From contig CAYVFK010000002.1 in assembly GCA_964450925.1 (NCBI GenBank), positions 6,445 to 42,934 of the forward strand: DNA of 36,490 nucleotides, in the 5' to 3' direction. Position numbers and translations under genes: made by a program. How positions within the stretch are numbered: position 1 is the stretch's first letter; every line of letters begins with the position of its first letter. Source of the stretch: an uncultured Hyphomicrobiaceae bacterium. GTDB taxonomy: Bacteria > Pseudomonadota > Alphaproteobacteria > Rhizobiales > Rhodomicrobiaceae. Of this stretch, positions 10,878-19,922 are shown one piece after another. The notes beneath the pieces were generated by a model. It ran no database searches and had not been told where the DNA came from. It was given only the letters and a program-made list of their open reading frames with translations.

Positions 10878-11375
10878 TAGGTCTGACCCATAATTTCAGA
10901 AACAAAATTCTATCTTGAACCTGACTCTGCTGTTTAATTTCAGGGGAGGTGAATTGGTGGAATTCACAATTCTCCACCTGTGTTCCACAGCTTGTTGTCG
11001 GCCATCGCTCTGGCGGTAAGTCCTGCCGACAAAGCGTGTGTCTGTCAATCTGGACAATGCCAATTTTTGACGATCTCGCCACTGGTTATACATCTTGCGT
11101 AAGGTGCAAGTCGGGTGCACGTGCACGCAACGGAGCTGTGGATGCCGCGGCAATGATACACTGGCCTGGAAACATGCAGCTGAGCCTGTCACCAGGAGCC
11201 TCGGTGTGCATGAGTTTTTGATTGGCGTGCGGGACTCGGGAGAGAGGCGCGAGGCTCAATCTGGTTGTGTTGATGAGTCCAGGATTCGCTCACACGCCGG
11301 GGCAGCATTTTTGAACGAAGCACTGATTCCCCTCGAGGGGGCTGCTTTCAGCAGTCACGAGCGCCAACGGAACAG
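10878..11375. other. Probable replication origin oriC
   Basis: The hemE / DUF299 divergent intergenic is the established origin position in Caulobacter and rhizobia. It has an AT-rich stretch at about 10889-10972, DnaA-box-like TGTTCCACA (10981-10989) and TGTGGATGC (11137-11145), and five GANTC sites (10923, 11233, 11275, 11283, 11325). Core genes point away from it on both sides. Confidence 0.8.
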
Positions 11376-12227
11376 ATGATGCCTGAGAAGACACCGAAAA
11401 AGTCGTTTCACCTCCACCTCGTGTCCGATGCGTCGGGCGAAACGCTGACGATGATCGCCAAGGCGGCCACGGTTCAGTATTCGCTGATCCGCGCCATTCA
11501 TCACGTCTATCCGCTGGTGCGAACGCGCAACCAACTTGATGATGTCGTTGAGAAGATCCGGGCGAACCCCGGCATTGTGCTTTACACGCTCGTCAACGCC
11601 GATCTCGGTCGCGAGTTGCAGAACCAGTGCAAGGAGATGGGTCTGCCGTGCATCCCGGTGCTGGAGCCGATCCTGAACGCTTTCGGGCAATATCTTGGCG
11701 CGGCCTCAACGCCGGTGGTGGCTGGGCAGCATGTGCTTGACGCCGACTATTTTCGCCGGGTTGACGCCATGCAGTTCTCGATGATGCATGACGACGGGCA
11801 GAACACCGAGACCTTGGATCAGGCCGACATCATTCTTGTGGGCATCAGCCGGACCTCGAAGACGCCAACGAGCATCTACCTCGCCAATCGCGGCTACAAG
11901 ACCGCCAATGTGTCGCTGGTGCCAGATATTCCCGTGCCCCCGACGTTGAAGACCGCAGAGCGCCCGCTGATCGTAGGCCTGACAGCCACGGCCGAGCGGA
12001 TTGCCGAAATTCGTCACAACCGGGTCATGTCCTTTAATGACCGGCGCTTGCAGGACTATGTTGATATGGATCGGATCAAGGAAGAGATCGCCTATACACG
12101 GCGCTTGTGCCAGCGCCATAACTGGCCGATTATTGATGTGAGCCGCCGCTCTATCGAGGAAACCGCAGCCGATATCATTCGCCGTTACCAGGATCGTCAG
12201 GCTGCGCGCACGGCTCAGGAGAGTTGA
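11376..12227 (+). CDS. ppsR: Pyruvate dikinase regulatory kinase/pyrophosphorylase (DUF299, PpsR/YdiA family)
   Basis: HLVSDASGET, YFRRVDAMQF...HDDG, LVGISRTSKTPTSIYLANRG, SIEETAA. Confidence 0.95.
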   Translation: MMPEKTPKKSFHLHLVSDASGETLTMIAKAATVQYSLIRAIHHVYPLVRTRNQLDDVVEKIRANPGIVLYTLVNADLGRELQNQCKEMGLPCIPVLEPILNAFGQYLGAASTPVVAGQHVLDADYFRRVDAMQFSMMHDDGQNTETLDQADIILVGISRTSKTPTSIYLANRGYKTANVSLVPDIPVPPTLKTAERPLIVGLTATAERIAEIRHNRVMSFNDRRLQDYVDMDRIKEEIAYTRRLCQRHNWPIIDVSRRSIEETAADIIRRYQDRQAARTAQES

Positions 12228-12229
12228 CG

Positions 12230-12877
12230 ATGAGCGGTACCGAGGCCCCGGTCGTTGCCGGCCTGCAGACCGAAAAACCTGCCTTGATCCTCGCCTCGGC
12301 CAGCCCGGCGAGGGTATCCATGCTGCGCAGCGCCGGCGTCGCGTTCACCCAGCAGCCATCGAGCCTTGATGAAACCAGCGTGCGCGAGGCGTTGCGCCGG
12401 GAGGGTGAAGTCACCCAGCCAGGCGATATCGCGGAGTTGCTAGCGATTACCAAGGCCATGCAGGTCAGTGCAGGAGAGCCAGACGCGCTTGTGATCGGCG
12501 CGGATCAGGTGCTTGCCTTCGAGGACCGCACATTGGAGAAGCCGCGCGATTTTGACGCCGCCCGCAATCAACTTCTGGACCTGCGCGGAAAGACGCATGT
12601 ATTGCATGCCGCTGTTTGTCTGTGCCGCGGCGGCCAGCATGTCTGGACGCACATGGACACCGCAACAATGACAATGCGAGACTTCTCGCCTGAGTTCCTC
12701 GGCCGGTATCTTAGCGTTGCAGGGGCGGCTGTGCTGACCAGCGTTGGCGCTTATCAGCTAGAAGGCCCGGGCGCGCAGCTTTTTGCGCGTGTTGATGGTG
12801 ACTATTTTACCGTGCTCGGGATGCCGCTGCTGCCGTTATTGGCGAAGCTGCGCGAGATGGGTGTGCTGCTTGTCTGA
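12230..12877 (+). CDS. maf: Maf family nucleotide pyrophosphatase (YceF-like)
   Basis: LILASASPAR, IGADQVL, EKP, GAYQLEG, LGMPLLPL. Confidence 0.93.
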   Translation: MSGTEAPVVAGLQTEKPALILASASPARVSMLRSAGVAFTQQPSSLDETSVREALRREGEVTQPGDIAELLAITKAMQVSAGEPDALVIGADQVLAFEDRTLEKPRDFDAARNQLLDLRGKTHVLHAAVCLCRGGQHVWTHMDTATMTMRDFSPEFLGRYLSVAGAAVLTSVGAYQLEGPGAQLFARVDGDYFTVLGMPLLPLLAKLREMGVLLV

Positions 12878-12887
12878 CCCTCAAAAA

Positions 12888-13748
12888 ATGCCGGGCCCGA
12901 AAGAGAGCTGCCCGCGTGCCTGCGTGATCGGCTGGCCGGTCGCGCATTCGCGCTCGCCGCTGATCCACGGTTACTGGCTTGAGACCTATGGTTTGAGCGG
13001 CCACTACGAGAAGCAGGCGGTGCCGCCGGAGGATTTTCCTGCGTTTCTCGATCGCTTTGCCGCGAGCGGGCTGGTCGGCGCTAACGTGACCGTACCGCAT
13101 AAAGAGCTGGCCTACGAGTTGGTCGACCGGCGAGAGTCAGCCGCGGAGGCGGTGCGAGCCGTCAACACGCTCTGGCTAGATGACGGGCAGCTTGTCGGCG
13201 ATAATACCGACGTCTATGGCTTTCTCGCCAATCTCGATGAGCGCGCGCCGGGCTGGGACGGCCGTGGTCGCGCGGCAGTGATCGGCGCGGGCGGCGCGGC
13301 GCGGGCCGTGCTCAAAGGGCTGATAGACCGGGGCTTTACCGAGATACGGCTGGCTAACCGCACCTTGGCGAAAGCGCAAGGGCTGGCCGAAGCCTTTGGC
13401 CCCGCGGTGCAGCCGGTTGCCTGGGAGGGGCGCGACGCGATGCTGGAGGGCTGCGCCCTGCTGGTCAACACTACGTCGCTCGGAATGGAAGGCGGGCCCG
13501 CGCTGGAGATCGACCTTGCTGCGCTGCCTCAAGATGCTGTTGTCACTGACATCGTCTATGTGCCGCTATCAACGCCATTGCTGCACAGGGCCGCCGCGCA
13601 CGGCTTGCGCACGGTTGACGGGTTGGGGATGCTGCTGCATCAGGCGGCTCCAGGGTTTGCCCGCTGGTTTGGCGTGCGCCCGGACGTAACGCCGGAGCTG
13701 CGGGCGCGCATCGTCGCTGACATCGCGTCGGGTGACGCGACATCATGA
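12888..13748 (+). CDS. aroE: Shikimate dehydrogenase
   Basis: GWPVAHSRSPLIH, GANVTVPHKE, AVNT, NTD, GAGGAARA, DIVYVP, DGLGMLLHQA. Start is ATG 12888 or TTG 12870. Confidence 0.97.
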   Translation: MPGPKESCPRACVIGWPVAHSRSPLIHGYWLETYGLSGHYEKQAVPPEDFPAFLDRFAASGLVGANVTVPHKELAYELVDRRESAAEAVRAVNTLWLDDGQLVGDNTDVYGFLANLDERAPGWDGRGRAAVIGAGGAARAVLKGLIDRGFTEIRLANRTLAKAQGLAEAFGPAVQPVAWEGRDAMLEGCALLVNTTSLGMEGGPALEIDLAALPQDAVVTDIVYVPLSTPLLHRAAAHGLRTVDGLGMLLHQAAPGFARWFGVRPDVTPELRARIVADIASGDATS

Positions 13749-14368
13749 TGATCGTCGGCCTCACCGGCTCGATGGCGATGGGCAAATCCACCGCCGCCAG
13801 CTATCTCAAGAGCCATGGCGTTCCGGTGTTTGATTCCGACTCAGCCGTGCATGCGCTTTACGAGGGTGAGGCGGTTGCAGACATCGCGCAGGGTTTTCCC
13901 GGCGTTGCGGATGGCGGGCGCGTGGACCGCAAGAAGCTGGGCGAGGCTGTAGCCGGTGATCCGCGGGCACTGGCGCGGCTAGAAGCAATTGTCCACCCGA
14001 TGGTTCGCCGCAAGCAGCGCGATTTCATTCTCGCCGAGGCGTCGCGTGGCGTCGAGGTGGTGGTCCTCGATATACCGCTGCTGTTTGAGTCCGGTGCAGA
14101 CAAGCTTTGCGATGCCGTGATCGTCGTCAGCGCGCCGCAAGAGTTGCAGCGCCAGCGCCTCTCTTCGCGCAAGGGAATGACACCGGAAAGGATCAAAGAC
14201 CTGCTCGCCCGGCAGATGCCCGACGCCGAAAAGCGCGACCGCGCCGATTTCGTTGTGGACACAAGCGGCCCGATTTCGCAAAGCCGGGCGCAGCTTGATC
14301 GCATCCTCGCTACACTCAGGCAACGCGAAGGCGAAAGGATCGATGTCTGGCGCGACATGAAGGTGTGA
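13745..14368 (+). CDS. coaE: Dephospho-CoA kinase
   Basis: [13 protein letters not shown]-loop, LEAIVHP, DIPLLFE, ADFVVDT. Confidence 0.96.
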   Translation: MMIVGLTGSMAMGKSTAASYLKSHGVPVFDSDSAVHALYEGEAVADIAQGFPGVADGGRVDRKKLGEAVAGDPRALARLEAIVHPMVRRKQRDFILAEASRGVEVVVLDIPLLFESGADKLCDAVIVVSAPQELQRQRLSSRKGMTPERIKDLLARQMPDAEKRDRADFVVDTSGPISQSRAQLDRILATLRQREGERIDVWRDMKV

Positions 14369-14382
14369 TATCGGGGGGAATG

Positions 14383-15084
14383 ATGCGCGAGATCGTGCTC
14401 GACACCGAGACAACCGGGCTGGACCCGAAACAGGGCCATCGCATCATCGAGATTGGCTGTATCGAGCTGGTCAACTACGTGCCTAGCGGGCGAGAGTTTC
14501 ACCAGTTCATAAATCCCGAGCGCGACGTGCCCGAGGGCGCGCAGCAGGTCCACGGGATCACGACCGCGTTTCTGTCAGACAAGCCGGTGTTCCGCGCCAT
14601 CGCCGACGCGTTCCTGGAGTTCATCGCCGACTCCACCCTGATCATCCACAACGCCAGCTTCGATGTCGGCTTCCTCAATCATGAACTGGCCCTGTTGCCG
14701 CGCGATCCGATTTCGTTCGATCGGGTGGTCGATACACTGGCGCTGGCGCGTCGCAAACATCCGGCTGGGCCGAACAGCCTCGATGCGTTGTGCAAGCGGT
14801 ATCGCATCGACTTGAGCGAGCGGACCAAGCATGGCGCGCTGCTGGACAGCGAACTGCTCGCGCGCGTTTACATGGAACTGATCGGGGGGACGCAGGCCGC
14901 GCTCGGCTTGGACGACGCACTTGGCGGCGGGCCAGCGCTTCAACGCGGCGCCGTGGCAAATGTGCGCCCACGCCCGGCGCCGCTCCCGCCTCGGCTGACT
15001 GCCGCAGAGGAGCAGGCGCATCGCGCGTTTATCGGCGACCTGGACGCGCCAGCGCTCTGGCAGAGCTATAAACACCGCGACTGA
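14383..15084 (+). CDS. dnaQ: DNA polymerase III epsilon subunit
   Basis: [12 protein letters not shown] (ExoI), HNASFD (ExoII), HGALLDS (ExoIII). Confidence 0.97.
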   Translation: MREIVLDTETTGLDPKQGHRIIEIGCIELVNYVPSGREFHQFINPERDVPEGAQQVHGITTAFLSDKPVFRAIADAFLEFIADSTLIIHNASFDVGFLNHELALLPRDPISFDRVVDTLALARRKHPAGPNSLDALCKRYRIDLSERTKHGALLDSELLARVYMELIGGTQAALGLDDALGGGPALQRGAVANVRPRPAPLPPRLTAAEEQAHRAFIGDLDAPALWQSYKHRD

Positions 15085-15591
15085 TCAGGCCCCTGCTTCG
15101 CTTTCCTGTTGTTCTTGCTGCTGCTGGACGTTACGGCGATACAGCGCTGCAAAGTCGATCGGGTCGATCAGCAGCGGCGGATAGCCGCCCTCGCGTGTCA
15201 GATCGGCAATGATCCGCCGCACGAATGGGAACAGCGTGGCCGGACAATCAATGAATAGGAATGAGCGCAGTCGCTCTTGCGGGAAGTTGTCGACGCGGAA
15301 AACACCGGCATAAACCAGGTCAAGCTGGTAAATTCCTGAAGTTTCGCTCTTGGCCGCACCTTCAAAATGCAATGTCACCTCATAGGTGTTGTCGCTGAGC
15401 TTGTTTGCGCCTACGTTGAAGTTAAGCTGTAGGTTTGGGTTCTGCCCAGGCTCCTGGAACGATTTGGGGGCATTTGGATTTTCGAAGGACAAATCCTTAA
15501 TATACTGTCCAAGTACGCTGACTCTAGGCCCTTGCTCGCTTCCCTGATTGGCTTGACCGTCGCCCCCGTTCGGCTTGTTTTCCTCTGCCAT
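15085..15591 (-). CDS. secB: Protein export chaperone SecB
   Basis: QYIKDLSFENPNAP, YAGVF, CPATLFPFVR, GGYPPLLIDPIDFAALY. Convergent with dnaQ, as is typical. Confidence 0.96.
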   Translation of the reverse strand: MAEENKPNGGDGQANQGSEQGPRVSVLGQYIKDLSFENPNAPKSFQEPGQNPNLQLNFNVGANKLSDNTYEVTLHFEGAAKSETSGIYQLDLVYAGVFRVDNFPQERLRSFLFIDCPATLFPFVRRIIADLTREGGYPPLLIDPIDFAALYRRNVQQQQEQQESEAGA

Positions 15592-15724
15592 CGCTTGCCT
15601 CTGTCTCTTTGCGGTTGGTCACGGTACGGTTGGCTATTTATCTACAACCGATCCGCGCAGATTCGATTCGCTGTCGTGGCTAGCATGGCGGAAGGCGGCA
15701 TTCAAGCTAGCGCACAGGATGGAG

Positions 15725-16234
15725 CTAACGCAGCCACGCCGCATATTCCGATCGTGCGTCTTTCATGTCTTCGTAGAGCCAGACCATCCGATCAACGAAC
15801 CACATCTTGCCGAGGTAGATAAGCGCCGCGCCGAGCAGGGTTGGCCAAATTTCCAGCGCATACAGCCCCCACACAAGAAACGGGATTCCGGAAGCAGACA
15901 CGGCCGTCAGCACATGTGGCGCGACGCGGTGATGCGCAGGGATCGGCACGTTTTTTCGGTTTAGCCAGACGCGCTCGCCGAACACCGCTTTCGACCCCCA
16001 GTTGTCGGTATGCTTGGGGATCGGCGCCATCCGCGGGTTGACCCAGACAAAGGCAAGCGCAGCGGCCAGCGCCACAAGCCACCAACCGCCAATCCAGATG
16101 CGCGACCATACGGCCAGCACAAGCAGCGGCAGACCAAGGAAAACGCGCGACCAAACGCTGATCGGATGGGCATGGCGCTGCCATGTTTCGTCATCCATCA
16201 GCATGAGCCGTTCGGCAAAGCGAAAGATGTCCAT
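15725..16234 (-). CDS. Membrane protein, DUF6653-like
   Basis: Trp-rich hydrophobic protein (MDDETWQRHAHPISVWSR, NPR, GERVWL, KMWFVDRMVWLY) with an AAGGAG RBS. Family recalled from memory. Confidence 0.75.
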   Translation of the reverse strand: MDIFRFAERLMLMDDETWQRHAHPISVWSRVFLGLPLLVLAVWSRIWIGGWWLVALAAALAFVWVNPRMAPIPKHTDNWGSKAVFGERVWLNRKNVPIPAHHRVAPHVLTAVSASGIPFLVWGLYALEIWPTLLGAALIYLGKMWFVDRMVWLYEDMKDARSEYAAWLR

Positions 16235-16250
16235 GACTGCGCTCCTTGCA

Positions 16251-16337
16251 TGGTGCGGACGGAGGGACTCGAACCCTCACTCCCTTACGGGAAACGGATT
16301 TTAAGTCCGTTGCGTCTACCGATTCCGCCACGTCCGC
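16251..16337 (-). tRNA. tRNA-Leu (anticodon TAA)
   Basis: GCGGACG acceptor stem, TGGCGGAATCGGTAGACGC D-arm, ACGGA-CTTAAAA-TCCGT anticodon arm, long variable arm, GGTTCGAGTCC T-arm, encoded CCA; 87 nt. Confidence 0.98.
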
Positions 16338-16347
16338 GCGTGCTGCC

Positions 16348-16376
16348 GTTATGCGCGAGGCCGCGGAGCGAAGCAA
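16348..16376 (-). promoter_or_regulatory. Putative sigma70 promoter of tRNA-Leu
   Basis: Minus strand TTGCTT-N17-CATAAC, ending 10 nt before the mature tRNA 5' end. Confidence 0.6.
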
Positions 16377-16385
16377 GCCGCGCCG

Positions 16386-17168
16386 CTAATAGGCGCGCGC
16401 TGGCCGCGGGGGCAAGATTTGCTGGGGTTCCCTTGCTGTTGGATGTTGGATGGCGGCGAGCAGGAGCAGGAACAGCGTTACGCTGTTCAGTACATGCCAC
16501 ATGAAGTGTGTGCCAAGCGGGGTCCCAGCTATCGTCACGGTCTGGCACAGCGCCATGTCAAGCGAGCGGAAAGTGACCGACGCGGTGAAGACGATGCCGG
16601 CGGTCAACACCAGCGGCCCAGTGCGCCGTCGTATGAATGCTTGGGACGCAAATGCTGTCAGGTAAGCCCCGATCAGAAGCATCGCGGCCCAGGCCGGCAG
16701 ATAGCTTACGCTGCCGTTCAGGCACCTTCCGCGTGCGCCTTGAGGGATGTCCAGGTTGAAGCCGACCTGCCCGTCCCAGCACTGCAGCCGTCCGGCGGCC
16801 ATCATCGCCCCGATAAAGACCGCGAGCCCGACGAGCGACCAGAATACATTCGCGCCCACGAACCGGCGCAACGCGAATACCAGATATGCGAGCATGAAGA
16901 TCCCGATCGGCGCGACATCCGCAATCGCGGCCCAGCGCGTGGCGTAGGTGTGAAACAGGAAGCTGCCTATGCCAATGACGAACACCAGTGCGATCAGCAA
17001 ATGCCGCGTCACGGTGCGCTTGTGATTGGGCTCACGGTAGAGCAGCGCCAGGGCGGCCAACGCTGCCATAATAAATGCTGCGTTCGTGGTCGCGTTTACT
17101 GGCTCCGCCCAGAAGGCGGGGCTGAGACCGCGCTCGCAATAGGCGAAAATCTGTTGGCTCCAGTCCAT
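16386..17168 (-). CDS. Ceramidase-domain (CREST superfamily) membrane hydrolase
   Basis: YCERG...WAEPVNATTN, GIGSFLFH (SxxxH), GTHFMWH (HxxxH), about 7 hydrophobic segments. Start is ATG 17168 or 17174. Confidence 0.85.
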   Translation of the reverse strand: MDWSQQIFAYCERGLSPAFWAEPVNATTNAAFIMAALAALALLYREPNHKRTVTRHLLIALVFVIGIGSFLFHTYATRWAAIADVAPIGIFMLAYLVFALRRFVGANVFWSLVGLAVFIGAMMAAGRLQCWDGQVGFNLDIPQGARGRCLNGSVSYLPAWAAMLLIGAYLTAFASQAFIRRRTGPLVLTAGIVFTASVTFRSLDMALCQTVTIAGTPLGTHFMWHVLNSVTLFLLLLAAIQHPTAREPQQILPPRPARAY

Positions 17169-17384
17169 GCGCATCCCCGTTATCAAAGTGTGCGCGCCTC
17201 CCGCCGAAATGTGGCGACGCTCGCCCCAATCACCACAAAACGAGCGCATTTTTAAGGAAATTGTAAGCCTTATCCGTGCAGTGTGCTGTCACGAAGGTTT
17301 CGATTGATTCCTGTCCGACACGCGTTAACCTTTCGCGGCATGCTCGACGAGGGCGAAATGACATCCGGCGGCACGAGGAGACAC

Positions 17385-17732
17385 ATGATGGTGCACCTGA
17401 AGACGGGAGCGCTCTTTTCCGCGGTCTTGTTGATTGCCGCGATCTCGGGGACGCCGGAGGCGGGAAATGCTGGAGCACGTTATCATGAGGCCGGGCATGG
17501 GCCGATTTATCGCCACGTGCGCGCTGAAAGCTTCTACAGCTCGCGCGCGGTCGTTGCGCCGGTTCGGCATGGCCCTGTCGGCGATCAGGTCATGACGCCT
17601 GGCGGCAATTGGTATGATTGCGAGATCACCTGTGAATATACTCTGCGTCGCGTATATCTCGATTTCTGGGAAGATCAGCGCGACAAGTTTACCTCGCCGG
17701 GCTTTTTCCGCTTTGAATTTGTCATCGACTGA
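17385..17732 (+). CDS. Small secreted hypothetical protein with CxxxC
   Basis: GAGGAG RBS before ATG 17385, signal-peptide-like N-terminus, PGGNWYDCEITC motif. Confidence 0.75.
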   Translation: MMVHLKTGALFSAVLLIAAISGTPEAGNAGARYHEAGHGPIYRHVRAESFYSSRAVVAPVRHGPVGDQVMTPGGNWYDCEITCEYTLRRVYLDFWEDQRDKFTSPGFFRFEFVID

Positions 17733-17779
17733 AGCGTGATCTGACAGGCGCGACGCGGTTTTCTGATAGATGGGGCGCC

Positions 17780-17795
17780 AAGCCCCGCGGGCTTT
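17780..17795. terminator. Possible short terminator hairpin between convergent genes
   Basis: AAGCCC-CGC-GGGCTT(T), with only a short U-tract. Confidence 0.3.
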
Positions 17796-18786
17796 AACCG
17801 CCAAGCGTCTCCAGTAGCGCGCTATCGACCTTGAGACCCTCGCGCTCGATCTGCGCTCGCCGCTCCAGCCTCCGCGCGCCCGGCAGACGCGCATCTCCAT
17901 CTGCTTCGATCCACCCAGCCAGTTCCGCGAATCGCCTGGGCGCATCAGGGCTGAACGCCGTCGCGTCGATGGCGATGATCAGTTGCCCGGTGGCTGGCGG
18001 ACCACCTTCGGCATCGAGGAACGACGTCGCTTCGCGCGCGTAGCTTCCGCCTGTGAGGCCCGCCGCTAACAGCTCCACCATCAGAGCCAGCGCGGACCCC
18101 TTTGCCTCGCCGAACGGCAGCATTGCACCTTTTACCGCGCGTGCCGGATCGGTTGTCGGCTGGCCGTCGCCGTCCACTGCCCAACCCTCCGGGATAGGTT
18201 CACCCCGCTCTGCCGCCGTGACGATCTTGCCGCGCGCCACCTTGGAAAGCGAGAGGTCGATTACCAGTGGCGCACGGCCTGGTAGCGGTGCGGCGAAGGC
18301 GATCGGGTTGGTGCCGAACAGGCGCGACGCCCCGCCCCACGGGGCCATTGCAGCGGGCGTGTTGGCGAACATCAGCGCGGCGCAGCCGTTCTGCGCCAGC
18401 CGCTCGACGCTATGCCCGGCCACGCCGCAATGGTGCGAGCGAAAAAAGCCGGCCATCGCAATGCCTTGCGCCCGCGCCATCTGTGGCAGCCGCCCGGCGA
18501 CGCGGTCAAAGGCCGGATAAAAGAAACCGTTGGCCACATCGACATGAATTGCGCCTGGAGCTGCCTCGCGGATCTCCGGCACAGCGTGACCATCGACCTT
18601 GCCCGCTGCTGCCTGCGCGGCATAAGACGCAACGCGTCGCAGCCCGTGGCCGCTCTGCCCGTCGATCTCCGCTTCGACCAGCGCGCGCGCGACCGGCTCG
18701 GCGTTGTCGGCGGTGACGCCGCTGGCCATCAGGCTTTTCTCCACGCGGTGACGCGCCTCGGCAATCGAAATGGTGACCTGGGTCAT
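17794..18786 (-). CDS. comC: LDH2/MDH2-family oxidoreductase, probable (R)-sulfolactate dehydrogenase
   Basis: GQSGHGL, SHHCG, FGTNPIAFAAP, DLSLSKVARGK, KGSALALMVELL, RLPG. The family is clear; the substrate is inferred from the adjacent suyAB. Confidence 0.75.
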   Translation of the reverse strand: MTQVTISIAEARHRVEKSLMASGVTADNAEPVARALVEAEIDGQSGHGLRRVASYAAQAAAGKVDGHAVPEIREAAPGAIHVDVANGFFYPAFDRVAGRLPQMARAQGIAMAGFFRSHHCGVAGHSVERLAQNGCAALMFANTPAAMAPWGGASRLFGTNPIAFAAPLPGRAPLVIDLSLSKVARGKIVTAAERGEPIPEGWAVDGDGQPTTDPARAVKGAMLPFGEAKGSALALMVELLAAGLTGGSYAREATSFLDAEGGPPATGQLIIAIDATAFSPDAPRRFAELAGWIEADGDARLPGARRLERRAQIEREGLKVDSALLETLGG

Positions 18787-18796
18787 TGGTCGCTCG

Positions 18797-19510
18797 TTAT
18801 TTGAGGGTGCTGTGATAGAATATCAACTCGGTTAGGCAATGGCTGATCCGCCATTCGACCGGCCGGCTACTGTAATCGAAGGCTATGCGCTCGATCGCCA
18901 GAACCGGCGCGTCAACCGCGCACTCGAGACGCCGTGCACTACGCTCACTCGCCGGCACAGCGCGCAGATTTTCTTCCACCCGCGCAACGGTAATGCCGAA
19001 ATCGGTTTGATAGAGGTCGTAAAGCGTGTTCGGGATCGTTTCGCGTGAAAGCAGATCGGCGAAGATGGCTTCTGACAGCGAAATCTGTTCGTCGATGATC
19101 GGCTGGCCTTCGCGGGTTCGCGTGCGCGTGATCTGGATGACGCGGTCCTCAGTGGCCAGGTCCAGGGCAGCGCGTTCGCGCGCGTCCGGCTCGGCCACGG
19201 CGATGCGAAGGTCCCGGCTGTCCGGCTGGATGCGCCCGCTTGCATCATAAAGCTGAAAGAAGCGAAAATGCACAGTATCCGAGGTGTGCTGCGAGACAAA
19301 CGTGCCGCGCCCCTGGTGGCGCTCAATCAGATGTTCGGCGGCGAGCGCGTCCAGCGCCTTGCGCACGGTGCCCTGGCTCACGCCGAACTCCTCGGCAAGT
19401 TGAAATTCGTTCGGCAGCAGCCGGCCTGGCGCCCAGGTGCCGGACAGGATGCGCTCGCTGAGCGCGCGCTTCACGCGGGAATAAAGCGGTTGCGCGTCGA
19501 GCTTTTCCAC
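18797..19510 (-). CDS. GntR family (HutC/UTRA) transcriptional regulator
   Basis: LPNEFQLAEEFGVSQGTVRKAL...QGRGTFV helix-turn-helix and a UTRA-like C-terminus (LYDLY, ERIAFD, PVEW). Confidence 0.93.
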   Translation of the reverse strand: MEKLDAQPLYSRVKRALSERILSGTWAPGRLLPNEFQLAEEFGVSQGTVRKALDALAAEHLIERHQGRGTFVSQHTSDTVHFRFFQLYDASGRIQPDSRDLRIAVAEPDARERAALDLATEDRVIQITRTRTREGQPIIDEQISLSEAIFADLLSRETIPNTLYDLYQTDFGITVARVEENLRAVPASERSARRLECAVDAPVLAIERIAFDYSSRPVEWRISHCLTELIFYHSTLK

Positions 19511-19574
19511 GGCGTGGACCTTTCATATTCAGCGCGTAAGCGATTGACTTGACGCACCGCGCAGGATAACGAAC

Positions 19575-19586
19575 TCTTATATAAGA
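19575..19586. promoter_or_regulatory. Candidate GntR operator
   Basis: Perfect AT-rich palindrome TCTTATATAAGA in the divergent gntR/suyA intergenic. Confidence 0.65.
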
Positions 19587-19625
19587 TATAACACTCTGTC
19601 CAGAATCGCGCTACAGGAGGTGCAG

Positions 19626-19913
19626 GTGCCCACTCCCCATTTTCTTGTTCACTCGCCCAAGGATAACGTCGGCGTCGTCGTTGTCGAAGGGCTGACGGCC
19701 GGAACCGCCATGATGGGCGTCATCACTGAAAACAACTCCGAAGTCTCGGTGACGGCGCGAGACGACATCCCGATTGGCCATAAGGTGGCCCTGACTGAAC
19801 TCAAGGAGGGCGACACGATCATCAAATATGGCGAGGACATTGGCCGTATGGTCGGTGATGCCAAGACTGGCGAGCATGTGCACACCCACAACCTGAAAAC
19901 CAAACGCTGGTAG
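19626..19913 (+). CDS. suyA: Sulfolactate sulfo-lyase small subunit (SAF/UxaA N-terminal domain)
   Basis: DNVGVVVVEGL, IPIGHKVAL, IKYGEDIG, GEHVHTHNLKTKRW. AGGAGG RBS before GTG 19626. Confidence 0.85.
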   Translation: MPTPHFLVHSPKDNVGVVVVEGLTAGTAMMGVITENNSEVSVTARDDIPIGHKVALTELKEGDTIIKYGEDIGRMVGDAKTGEHVHTHNLKTKRW

Positions 19914-19922
19914 GAGAGCAGT

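Noticed and set aside
10867-11379. Short ORFs in the origin region
   Set aside because: No RBS or motifs and atypical composition; the region is better explained as oriC and promoters.
15592-16337. Genomic island at tRNA-Leu
   Set aside because: No integrase, no duplicated tRNA 3' end and no GC shift seen.
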